Shown piece by piece: positions 28,577-40,544 of a stretch of DNA of 64,000 bases. Source of the stretch: Octopus sinensis (lineage: Eukaryota). How positions within the stretch are numbered: position 1 is the first letter of the stretch; the number at the start of each line of letters is the position of its first letter. The notes below the pieces were generated by a model. It did not search any database. It had not been told where the DNA came from and saw only the letters and a list, made by a program, of their open reading frames with translations. The stretch lies in contig NC_043003.1 in the NCBI RefSeq assembly GCF_006345805.1, positions 110,484,001 to 110,548,000 of the forward strand, read 5' to 3'. The position numbers were made by a program, and so were the translations under genes.

Positions 28577-29653
28577 AAATATATCCAGAAGAAACCGGAA
28601 TTTCGCAATATATTTTATTCAATTACTTTTACACGTTTATACGTTTACCACCTTCAAAGTATTCTCCATTTGTAGCAACGTATCGGTTCAGACGCGTTTT
28701 CCATTTCTCGGAGTAGTTCTGGATCTTTTGCGAAGTGATGGATTTTAACGCCTCCGTTTTTTTCTTCTCCTCGTCCACATCTGCAAAACGTTTTCCTCTA
28801 AGGACATTTTGCATTCGAGAAAACAACAAAAAGAAAAGTCGCAGGAAGCAAGATCCGGTAAATAGGTGGGTAAGCGGTGTTATGCCATTTTGTTCATAAA
28901 CTGATTCATACACAAGGTGCGCATGCGCAATCTCGCGATAAAACCACCACTTCCCATTTTGCTACAGGTCGGGGATTATTAATCTCAACGTGTCTCGCAA
29001 GTGCTTCACAACTGCCAAGGAAAATGATTAGTTAACAATTTGACCAGGAGGAACAAATTTTTCTTCCAGTTCACGACACGCATTCAATTGTGACTACATT
29101 TGATCTTCTGTGAGCAAGCAGGGCACAAGTTTTGCTGCAACTCTTATCATTTGCAATTCCTCGCTCAAATTTTATTGGCAGGGGCTCCGGGTCACATCAG
29201 CCATATCAACAAGTTCGTCCCTTGTTCAATGACGGTTCTCCCAAATCAGTTCATTGCTTTTCATGATGTTTTCATTCGTTCGGGAAGTTGACTGAACGAG
29301 GTTGGTCATCATGTAGGAAGTCCCCATTCCTAAAGCGTTGAAACTGCTCGTAAACTTGTGTGTTGCTCATGGCAGTGTCCTGTTAAGCTGTTTGAAGCGT
29401 AACAACTGTCTCGGCTGCCTTTTTCTTCAGCATAAAACTGAATTTCGAGGAAGCACGTCGCCACCACAAAATTCGACAAACAGGGAAGGAGCACTGCAAA
29501 ACAAAGACACAACGATACAGTACGAAAACAATGGATGACGCCGGTCGGCAGACAGATGCCCGAACGTCGCAGCAAGCGGCATCTGGAGGCGAAGGCCTAA
29601 ACAACGGGATTGTCACACAGAGAACGTTCATGGTTACTTTTGGGTAGCCCTCG
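28577..29653 (-). mobile_element. Internally deleted mariner element
   Basis: Right TIR TA|CGAGGGCTACCCAAAAAGTAACC; ORF 28629-28913 ends with mariner C-terminus (LRGKRFADVDE...WKTRL.RYVATNGEYFEG); left TIR degraded. Confidence 0.8.
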
Positions 29654-29704
29654 TATATATATATATATATATATATAAACTTGGAGAAGAGAAATAGAGA
29701 AATA

Positions 29705-29900
29705 ATGCGTGCGTTCGGTCATATAGTAATATAATAAATAAATAAAATATATGCATATATACATACATATATATGTACATACTTACATCTACATGTATAT
29801 ATACATGCATACATATATATATAGGAGTACAGGACACCATAAAGAAACGTAGAATACAACGAGAGACGAGAACACAAAATCAAACAAGGAAACGGACTTA
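29705..29900 (-). repeat. Family-E interspersed repeat
   Basis: Reverse complement matches 20040-20260. Confidence 0.7.
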
Positions 29901-30322
29901 TATATATATATATAATATATATACATATATATATATACATATACACACAACAAAACCTATATTTAAAACTCATATGTATTCTAAGCAAACCCTGTCTTTA
30001 TATTATCTCATGTGTATGAACATCTTAATATCAACAATATGAATTTCGCAAATCTCAAGTTACTCTGAAATATACTTCCAGAAACTATTCCATTATTCAT
30101 ACATGGGAAGTTGGCAAATTATAAGATGATTGATAATATAATGAAAGGAGAAATATAAAGAAACATAAAGGAAAGTGTAGTCCGCTTGAATTAAAGATAA
30201 TTAGATATATTTTTTTTATAAATAGGTAGAAGAGAACGTATGTCAGTAGCAAATTTATATATGTTATGGAACTTGGAAAGACTTACGAAAAGACGGAAAG
30301 GGGTTGAAACACAATGTGTGTG

Positions 30323-30375
<53 letters not shown>

Positions 30376-33300
30376 GTGTGTGTGTGTGTGTGTGTGTGTC
30401 CTATATTATACCTCTGTAACCAGGGCTAATTTAGCAGTTTCCTTGTAGAATGAAAAACATAATGAACAAACTAAATCGATTATAAATGAATACACAGACA
30501 CACACACAGGCACAGACACATATATACACATATACACAAAATTCATGTGGTAATGCTTCAAAAAGTAGAAAAGAAAACGATAGTAAAGATAAGCTCATCA
30601 TAAAAAAAAACTACAAATCTTCTAAATACAGAAAGGTGTTGCCTTGTCGAAAGAATAATTTGTTCCCCCATTAATGAAGCTGAAAATGAGACGGTTTGGT
30701 AGTTGTCTTTTGAGTAGATAACGTTTAAACCAGATACGTTTGTAGAGAAGCAGAGCATTTGAAAAATGCGGTTGTTGGAAAGACACGTTGCTCAGGTGTA
30801 CATTGGGGAGGATGGGGGAAAGTGATATGACGAAAAACTTTCGTAGTTCTACTGAGAGAAATACTGGTTCGATGATGGAATCGTTGTTACTATTATTGTT
30901 TTGTATATTTTAAAGTTCCACGAATAGATCAAGACTCAAATGTACGCCATTTGCTATCGTCCACTATTTTTAAATTTTACGTAAGAATGTCATATTAAAC
31001 CTATCCTTTACTTATTTGAGACGAATGTGTTGTCAATATTTGTATTACGTATAATAGCTACGTGTTGTAGAAAAGGAGAAGAAAACAAGGGAGATAACCA
31101 AATTTGCAATAATTTTATGTCAAGCAGATGTAAACCAGATGTCAATCGTTTACTAACTGTTCGGTAGTCTACTTTGAAATTCTGACAAGATATATTTCTA
31201 AATAAACGGATATAGAGAAAAAAAACTTAATTCCTCGATTGTGTTTTTGTTCGAGGTTCTCAAGTTTCCTAAGAGTTTGCAAGGGCCCCAAAAATGCGCA
31301 CTGTGATTTCCTATCCAAAGAACTGATATTGGATGAAACACAAAATACATGAGTGCTAAACAAACCTTCGCATAACACAATTATACTATGGATAATTGTT
31401 TCTATTTTGTCAGATAGTAAATACAACCACATTCAAAAAGTGATATAAGCATTGCAAAAAAAAAAGCATGTTTGAAATATTATGACATTATACCGGTAAT
31501 TATTAGGGGAATAAGGAAAGCTACAAGTTTCATTTTATGTGCCCGAATGTATTTGATTCACTGAAAAATAGTATTTTAAGGTATGGACTTTCGCTACCAT
31601 GTATTTTGAGTTCGAAAATAAATGTGATTCTTTGAAATAATCGATGGGCATATTGAAAATAGTAATTTATGTGATATTCCACATTCGATTTCAACGTGTT
31701 ATAGTTAAACTTCACTTTCTCAACAAAGATCCATAGACATTGTATATAAATGATAAATTTAACCAAAGGTTATGGGCGTATTATATGTAAATACTTTCAA
31801 TATATATTCAAAACAACAGCTTTTCGTTAAACATTTCCATCCTCATATGTATTTTATTCCATTGCTAAAGCTTCACGTGCTTTGAAAAATATAAAGGTTG
31901 TGTAATGTTTGCCATGATGTAAACAATAGAGATTTTATTTTTTGAATAAACTTTTGATGATTATATTCTTTATATTTGAGGATTATAGTCTGAGCGTCAT
32001 CGAATATAGTGCAGGAAGATTAAAAAGTTATGGTCGGTATCAAGCTATAAATGTCAAAATACGCGAGTTATTTTATAACTAGAACAAGGTTTTTTTAAAG
32101 ACACTTTAAGAGCATTGTTTTCTGATTAGTTCTAGTAAATGTCATGGTCTATACGGGTTTTCTTTCGGCTGCACTGTGTGTTTTATAAGGGAAACGAACA
32201 AAAACGAAGAATGCATCAAAATAACAGAATAAAACCGAGGAAAAGTAAACAAAACATTATTAGAACAATATTATTTTATCAAAGGAATAGATAAGTATTT
32301 AATGGAATTGAAATGAATGCTTATACAATATAAAACGTTATTACAGTGCATAAAGAAGTAAGTTTAAAAGAAATAAGATATAAAAAAATATATTGAAGCA
32401 ATCTATATATGTATTGATGCCAAACAAATATTTTTTGACAACACTTTCGTAACTAATCTCTAATTGAATTCCGGAGATTGGAGAAAAAACACTATCCAAC
32501 ATTTCAATATCGGTTATTCGGGTCCTTATCCTACTAAAGCTAATTCACATTCAACCGCAATAAAGTGTTACATTTAAGCATTTATAGTTATATATTACAC
32601 ACATTAGAACATTTATAATAATTGACAATATCTATTTGATTTCATGGTGCAAAATTTGAGAGAAAAAATAGGACCTAAATTTTGGACGTTCAGTAATGCA
32701 AAATCGTCTAACCCAGAAGTAAAATATATTTAATGATACACACGTATGTATGCATGTATGTCTGTTTGTTTGCTTGTATGTATGTATGTCATTGCTCAGT
32801 TTTATTTTAAGATTTCTTGCCAATAGAGAAAGCGCCGGTTTCTAACCTAGATCCAAGATTCCTGCACTGGAATTTTAAAATCAACAATACGGTATTTTTG
32901 TATGTATGTATGTATGTATGTATGTATGTATGTATGTATGTAGTATGTATGTATGTATGTATGTGTGCAAGTATATGTGCAGATTTGTATGTTTTGCTTG
33001 ATGTATGTATCTCATGCATATATTTGCATATCTATATATGCTAAACTTCTGGAAATTTTAAAAGATTTTAACAGTTCCGGTAACTGATTGAATCTGTAGG
33101 CTTCGAATTCTTTCTTTCTGGTTTTGAGAAGCCTAATTTCTCGAGATTGATATTTATTCAATGTGTTACATATCACAGGGCCACAATAATTACACGTATA
33201 GACATGAACTTTTGATCTGGATAGAATAATTGCAAATTTCTCAATAGTTCAGCACATGTATTCTCTTTTTCACAGATTTTTAGCTTTATGTTTAACATCC

Positions 33301-33479
33301 GCTGGCAGCTAATTTCCATAACTGTACACTACACAGTTTCTCTTCTCTATCCCAAATTTTCTGCATCTCTATCAGTTTTATCCATCAGGCACTTAGTTGA
33401 TATTTCCTGTTCCTAGTTTGCAAGCGCATACCCTTCAAAGTGGAAGGTAGTAATCCGGCTATTGGTCCATGATAGACTG

Positions 33480-35010
33480 CTTTCCTGATCAATGTTACTG
33501 TCATCATGGAGTCTTCTACTAACATATCCATGCATAGTCTCTGCTCATATAGGCTCATCCTTTCACCTCATGATAGGTTGCAGTAGAGCCGTTCGACTTC
33601 TTTGGGCATCTATTCTAGGCTATCAGATTAAGAATGTTGCTCAAGGAGCTGCCTTCCAAGTTTTATGATATCAGCCTCATGTATGCAAACTTGGTCAAGA
33701 GAAGGACTTCGATACTTGGTGATCAAAAGATGTTACCGAAGGGATTTGATACGACGTTCAAAGGCATTTTGGATCGATGTTGAACTTCTGCCACTCTGTT
33801 TTCGTTTCAGATAGAGGAGGTATACGTCACTGTTTATATGGAAATTATGTATGCTTGTTAGTATTTTAGAGGTTTTCACATCAATGTCTCGGATCTCATT
33901 AAGCGTCCAATCAAGCAGCCCAAATGTTGGTATGAGTACTGGCACTGCAAACACATTGTGGGCCACTGTTTTATTGAATGCAGAGAGTTCTGAGGCCCAA
34001 ACTTTCTTTATTCTGTTGAAATATTCTTTACTGACAGGCGTTTTGTTACAGGGGCCATTGCAAGATATGTTTTCATCCACTCCTAGATACCTGTAATATT
34101 CCTCGTCAGATAAAGAGGAAACAGTCAGAGCATTCACGGAGATGTAGCTAGTCTGGTCTATAGTTTTCCCCCTTTTCATAACCATACAACAACATTTATC
34201 CTGGCAAAACTCCAACCCTACATCCTTTAACCATGTTTCAATTAGGATAAGGCTCATTTTCATCACAGGCATATACTTTGCATAAAGTTTCTAGTCATCC
34301 ACAAAGAAAAAGTGTGTAATTTTGGTATTTCAGTTTGCTGGTAAATCAGTGAGATATCCTTCAGATTTCCATAATATGAATGACGAGAGGTTTACAGAAA
34401 GTATAAAGAACATCACAGAGAAGCTTCCCCTTTGGAATATGCCTGTGCATTACTGTATTCTATCAGTAATAATACAGTCACTCTTTGTGTTTAATTTCAA
34501 GATGGTGGCCCACGATGAAGCAAAGTCAGTTACGGCTTTGTCAATTCTCACTGGAACTTTAGCAGGTTGAAGGGCTTCTAGCATCCATGAATGGGGAACA
34601 GAGTCAAAGGCTTTCTTGTAGTCTAGCCACATTGAAACTAGGTTCTTCTTTGTTTTCGTACCTCTGAAATAACAGTTTTCTTTTATCAACAACTGCTCGG
34701 TACATCCCCCACACCCACTTCTTCCCAGCTGCTTGTTCTGCTCTGATGATGTAATTGGTTTCATTGAGCTTGGAGGAAGAGGTTTAAGCATACTGTATAT
34801 CTTATATATTAAGTGTCGCCATTCAATTGACCGGTAGATTTTGTCATGTGGGTGGCTCTGTATTTGGAGATCAATTTTGTCCCTGCCAGAGCAAAACAAT
34901 GTGGCATGCTACTGTTCCCATTGAAAGATTGCGGGTACATATTGATAAGATAATTCGGTAGAAGGTTAGCTTCTTGCACCAATATCCGACAATCAAGTCT
35001 CTTCCAGGTG
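33480..35010 (-). mobile_element. R4/Dong-clade LINE reverse-transcriptase fragment
   Basis: WLDYKKAFDSVPHSW, FFVDD*KLYAK and YRYLGV motifs in broken ORFs 34450-34899 and 33733-34272. Confidence 0.85.
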
Positions 35011-35243
35011 CTTTTCCATATATGTATATATGTATTTATGTTTGAATGCATGCATGTATACATTTATGTATGCATGTGTGCATGTATATATGTTTGTAGA
35101 TATATATGTACGTAAATATGTATGCACATATATATGCATACATATCTGTGTGTGTGTACATTTGTGTGCGTATATATGTATTTATGTATGTATGCATATA
35201 TGTGTGAGTGCTTGTGTTTGTGAGTGTTTGTGTGTGTGAGTAT

Positions 35244-35304
<61 letters not shown>

Positions 35305-35324
35305 TCCACACTACTTGACCGGCA

Positions 35325-35366
35325 GCTACAGACGCGTTTCGGGGTATTGCCCCTTTTCAATGCAGC
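35325..35366 (-). ncRNA. Minimal type I hammerhead ribozyme, copy 3 (inverted arm; sense to the host gene)
   Basis: Exact reverse complement of the 42-nt motif. Confidence 0.8.
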
Positions 35367-35858
35367 GTAGCCAGCCAGTAGGTGTCGCTTCCGACAATCT
35401 CTGTTCGATGGTTTTATTTACCTAGTTTCGATGGAATACATCCACTTGTTTTCAATAATAGAAATATTAAAATAACTAAGTCTCTCTAAAAGAGAACAGC
35501 GGCAGCGTTCCCGGAAAATAATAGTTATCGCCATACTAATATGGCATTCTTATAAAAATAAGAAAAAAATAAGAAAAAAGCTGTCCGCTTATTAGCTCCA
35601 TGTGTATCAAATAGCTAACTTAGGGCGATGGCCTCATGAGCTAATAAGCGGACAGCTTTTTTCTTATTTTTATAAGAATGCCATATTAGTATGGCGATAA
35701 CTATTATTTTCCGGGAACGCTGCCGCTGTTCTCTTTTAGAGAGACTTAGTTATTTTAATATTTCTATTATTGAAAACAAGTGGATGTATTCCACCGAAAC
35801 TAGGTAAATAAAACCATCGAACAGAGATTGTCGGAAGCGACACCTACTGGCTGGCTAC

Positions 35859-35900
35859 GCTGCATTGAAAAGGGGCAATACCCCGAAACGCGTCTGTAGC
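35859..35900 (+). ncRNA. Minimal type I hammerhead ribozyme (U3-A8 core variant), copy 1
   Basis: GCUGCA-UUGAAAA-GGGG CAAUA CCCC-GAAA-CGCG-UC|UGUAGC: 6-bp stem I with one G-U pair, 4-bp stem II, palindromic stem III ACGCGU, GUC cleavage triplet (predicted cut after 35894). Confidence 0.85.
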
Positions 35901-36220
35901 TGCCGGTCAAGTAGTGTGGAGCGACTGACCTCCCTTGTTCGAAGGTTATATGGATACAGTTTGTGTATCAAATAGCTAACTTAAGCCGATGGCCTCATGG
36001 AGCTAATAAGCGGACAGCTTTTTTCTTATTTTTATAAGAATGCCATATTAGTATGGCGATAACTATTATTTTCCGGGAACGCTGCCGCTGTTCTCTTTTA
36101 GAGAGACTTAGTTATTTTAATATTTTTATAATTGAAAACAAGTGGATGTATTCCACCGAAACTAGGTAAATAAAACCATCGAACAGAGATTGTCGGAAGC
36201 GACACCTACTGGCTGGCTAC

Positions 36221-36262
36221 GCTGCATTGAAAAGGGGCAATACCCCGAAACGCGTCTGTAGC
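36221..36262 (+). ncRNA. Minimal type I hammerhead ribozyme, copy 2 (identical)
   Basis: Identical 42-nt motif exactly 362 nt downstream of copy 1; predicted cut after 36256. Confidence 0.85.
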
Positions 36263-36428
36263 TGCCGGTCAAGTAGAGTGGAGCGACTGACCTCCCTTGT
36301 TCGAAGGTTATATGGATACAGTTTGTGTATCAAATAGCTAACTTAAGGCGATGGCCTCATGGAGCTAATAAGCGGACAGCTTTTTTCTTATTTTTATAAG
36401 AATGCCATATTAGTATGGCGATAACTAT

Positions 36429-36469
<41 letters not shown>

Positions 36470-36541
36470 CTACAAAATTTGGTATGAAGATATCAGATGT
36501 AAACAGACAATGTAATCGAAGACAAATGCGGGTAATGAATG

Positions 36542-36900
36542 TATATGCCATACTTCAAAGGTGCTGTTGCCCCGTCTTCAGCACTCGTCTAACCCACTAT
36601 TGCCTCCGAACACATTGCTTATAGAGCGACCGAATACAGCGGTGTTACTTTATTGGATATACTAAATAACATATTAGACGTATTCCTGGAGCCTATATGT
36701 GAACTGTAAAGATTTGTAGGTACGTGGTACTTCGTTATGCAAACAATGCACTATAAGGTATACTAAATGTGTTATAAGTCAGTACCACTTTCCTTTGCGT
36801 CAGTAGTGTTCTTACATTGTGTAAACATCATGAGTAGAGAGGCAATAATGGGTTAGATGACTGCGGAAGAGGGGCAACAGCTCTCGAAATATGGTAGATA
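36542..36900. repeat. Diverged inverted repeat (about 60-bp arms) enclosing about 240 bp
   Basis: gctgttgccccgtcttcagcactcgtctaacccactattgcctc pairs with gaggcaataatgggttagatgactgcggaagaggggcaacagc. Confidence 0.7.
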
Positions 36901-37510
36901 CACTCATTATCCAATTTTGTCTTCGATAACATTGTCTCTTTCCATCTGACATCTCGATGCTAAGCGTTATAACAAAAATTAGTGCTGGCTATAAGTTCTA
37001 TAGAATATCTGTAGAAATAACCTTAACAAAATATAAAATACAGGGTGTCGTAGACGGGCGAGACAACTCCACGGAGTGATCGAGAACAGTAAATACTGAT
37101 ATTTCGCCACGACTGCAGCTTTTCAATGCCATGCACTTGGAAATCCTCAAACGAATTAAATCTCTGGTAATACACTTACATACAAAAACGGTGAAATCTA
37201 TTTGCTAATATGCTGCGTCGTAGTACATGTGAGTGAAAATTAAATTACGAAATAAATTCAGCACTAGTAATGTGAACTTCATTAGTCATACGTAATATAT
37301 GGGTTTTGTTTAAACGTCAATTTCCATTGAGAGTGCGCCCTACACGCCGCCCTATTGTCCTACATTAAGCGAGACATTCTCCTACGAAGTGGGCAAGATT
37401 AGTAGATTTCGATATTTCACCAGCATTGCAGCCTATAAATGTCATGTAATCGGAGAAATATCAATATTTACCATTCTCCCCATCTCTTCAGAGATAGCTA
37501 GCTAGCTACT

Positions 37511-37523
37511 GATATATATATAT

Positions 37524-37617
<94 letters not shown>

Positions 37618-37638
37618 TAGAGAGATAGATAGATGGAT

Positions 37639-37719
<81 letters not shown>

Positions 37720-37720
37720 T
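37511..37720. repeat. Compound (TA)n-(GA)n-(GATA)n microsatellite about 90 bp into the intron after the 37808 exon
   Basis: Direct inspection; a similar (TA)n-(GATA)n tract lies at about 56830-57085. Confidence 0.9.
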
Positions 37721-37807
37721 CATATGTAAATGCTGGTGTGTAGATATCTGCTGATCCGTTCACAAAGATACGCAGGGAAATCAGGTAAAGTGATACCTGT
37801 TGCCTAC

Positions 37808-37978
37808 CTGTTCCAGTATTTGTTTGTATCTCATGTTTTCATCACTCACTAAAGTCAGCTTTTGGTGCAATTCTGTATTTGGTGGCTCAATACTAATTTG
37901 TTTGGATGAAGGTTTTTTAAAAGTTGCTCTCATTCTTGCACGTTCATCTCCTTTAGGGTCTCTTTTAAGTTCTATTAT
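37808..37978 (-). CDS. GABBR2: Internal coding exon (171 nt, phase 0/0) of probable GABA-B receptor subunit 2: IIELKRDPKGDERARMRATFKKPSSKQISIEPPNTELHQKLTLVSDENMRYKQILEQ
   Basis: Acceptor ttttgttttcag|ATA at 37979-37980, donor CAG|gtaggc at 37807, and 57 open codons. The peptide resembles my recollection of the invertebrate GABA-B R2 segment right after TM7 VPK (LVELKRNPQG...RVRATL...ELEQRL...RFRKALME). Identity is from memory, not a database search. Confidence 0.75.
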
Positions 37979-40493
37979 CTGAAAACAAAAAAGAATGGAT
38001 TTAGTTGTATTTAAATCATATGCAGGCTTCTTTAACAGAACGATAAGTTTCAGTAATATCAAAAGGGAATTAATCTCATGTTTTCCACGTCCTTCTTAGT
38101 CTTGCGTGAATGTGGTTGAGAGACCGAACTGAAGAGAGATAAAGATAGAGATAGCGAGAGAAAGTGAGAGATAGAAAGAGAGTGGGAGAGAGGAGGGAGG
38201 GAAAGTGAGAATGTATGTGTGTATGTGTGTGTGTGGGGGAGAGAGACAGAGGGAGAAGACTGATAGTACAAGCAGTTCAATTATTCGTTTCGTAACCTCT
38301 TGAAAGATTACACGCATTCATGCATACTTGCTTGGTTACATGACTGTAACATAAAATATATAGAGATGTAACTTGTGTCAGTTGGAAGATAAAAGGGACA
38401 CTGACTCTGAATTTGTAGCTTTAGAAGTACTGTCATGTAACGCGAAGGTGCAAATTAACAAACATATGAAGAAACAAACATATGAATAAGGATGAAATAC
38501 AAATTGGTAACGAATGAAAAGTAATAAGTTCCTCGTAAATACTCCTTTGATTACATGAACAACAGAATCTATGAGCTATTTGTTAATCGATATTCCACGC
38601 ATGAACGCTAATGTTGAATCCGTCTGGATTTGAATAAAATACAGCTGGTTAATTACAAGAATTTTATGCGGCGACTTATCGATCCTCACATTTATTCTCA
38701 ATGGAAATATTTAAATACTGTATAAGTAGATCAATATAATTGGTTTACCTAAAAGGTAAGCAAATTATATTGATCCACTTTTACATAAAGTGTTTAATAA
38801 TTGTGCTGCCGTGATTTGTATTTAAATGTGTCTACTATCACTGGAGGAATATTTTAGGCGCATCCACGAATTAGGATGTCAAATATAAACCACTTTATTT
38901 TATATGATATTTGTAGAAAATTATGATAGTAATTTATTTTGAATTAAAAAATTCAATTAGTAATTTAAATTGGTTTAAATGTTTTCGAATATCCTCCGAT
39001 TAATTAAGTGCTTTTATATAAAATTGAGTGACAGCTGTTATAATTTAACATTCTTTCAGGCCTTCATAAGTTTTACGATCTGGACGACGGCCTTAAATGT
39101 GTCTACATTAATTTTATTCTGTATAAAGCTTCTCTCTAAGCATGCCCAGCAGGATTATTTAATTCTCAGTATTAAAAAAAAACATTCAAATATTTATACA
39201 GTAACATCTCCAAAAACTCAGTATTATATGTAAATACTATTCAGATATTTCTTATTCTTTCTATAGGAAAATACGTAAATATGTTTCTGAAATTTTTTAA
39301 AAATTCAATGAAAGGAAGGAAAGGAAAACAAAACAATGGAAATATGAACCAAATGTACACGTAACTGAAGGAAACTGGAAACACATTTTTAAATGCATGT
39401 AAATAAAATCTTTTGAGGATACGCGGCCATCAAAAACGACAATGTTAATATTATTCTATTTGACAAATAAATATGAGAAATATATTTAAATTCGTTCGTG
39501 TTTGTGTAAACTTATCGAACTTGCCGTCTTAAAATATTAATTTCAAAAATGAAAGTTTCTTCTCTTTACAATTACGTGCACTTTTAATAAAAAGAAACTA
39601 CGTTTCTTCTTACAATATATAAAAAAAAAAATTGTAAGATTACTGGAAATTTTTGGCATTCATATTGTAAAAAGAAAAATTTTAATTGTTATCGGGAGTC
39701 AAGCAGCAAAATTGATTAATACTATGAAGAAAGGCCGGGGAAAATATTATTCCAATATAAAAAATATTTTGTTTCTCTTGGGTACATAAACTATTGATAA
39801 TGATCAGACTATTATTTGAGAGAAAACATTAATAACTTTATTGCTGGATAAATATGAGACCTCTGTTTGCTCTCACTTATTCAATATTTCTCTTCGCAAA
39901 TATTAAACCCTCCACAGAGGTCTAACTACTGAAATATTTTTTGTTAATTGTTTAAGTAATATATGAGCCGTTCCTCTGGGATTAATAATTCTTCTGTGTA
40001 GAGAGAATTTATTTTAATTTACAGAGCCCAGTGAGAAAGGATATACAATAAAGTTTTAGATTTTCTGTCAGTCTTTCTTTTTGAAACAATAACAATGGAC
40101 TTAGTCCCAGTGGAGTGCAGCGCTTTGTCACAGAATCTCAGCAGTTTATTTAAGATAACGGAATGATCGGAAAATTTTGAACATAGTTTGAATTAAGGAT
40201 GTTCTGTTAATTGTTATAAGGCAAAATTACATTCTCTTCTTATAGTTGGCGTCATTGAAGAGTAGCTACAACCAGTTTTTTTATGGTTAATAGTTCTGAA
40301 AACGAGCATAGAAAACACATTTTACTATTAATTAATTCGATTGTAAATATTCCACAGAAATTATGTGTTTGAAATGTAATCAAAATTATTTGAAAGGAAG
40401 ATAATTTATTACATGTTAAATGGTAGTGACTTAAAAAATCTTTCAGTGTTGAGGGGTGGGGTATAGAGAAATTATACGTGTATATATATATAT

Positions 40494-40543
<50 letters not shown>

Positions 40544-40544
40544 A

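Larger units (their letters stand above)
27925..31067. repeat. 317-bp inverted repeat pair (27925-28241 and 30751-31067); possible long-TIR/foldback element
   Basis: About 11 differences by eye over 317 bp; flanks tagaaaggtt and tagaaaagga resemble a degenerate target duplication. Confidence 0.75.
35304..36434 (+). mobile_element. Hammerhead-ribozyme repeat element (Penelope-like pLTR or retrozyme-like): inverted arm plus about 2.3 tandem 362-bp units
   Basis: Units at 35601-35961, 35962-36323 and partial 36324-36434, with about 6 differences between full units. Inverted copy at 35304-35602. Both ends abut (TA)n tracts. No meaningful ORF. Confidence 0.85.

Noticed and set aside
28079-28716. 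Two near-identical ORFs (MQKDKKRRKLP...) on opposite strands
   Set aside because: A by-product of the palindrome, not gene duplication.
35601-36434. CRISPR-like or satellite interpretation of the tandem repeats
   Set aside because: No repeat-spacer structure, eukaryotic context, and only about 2.3 long units.
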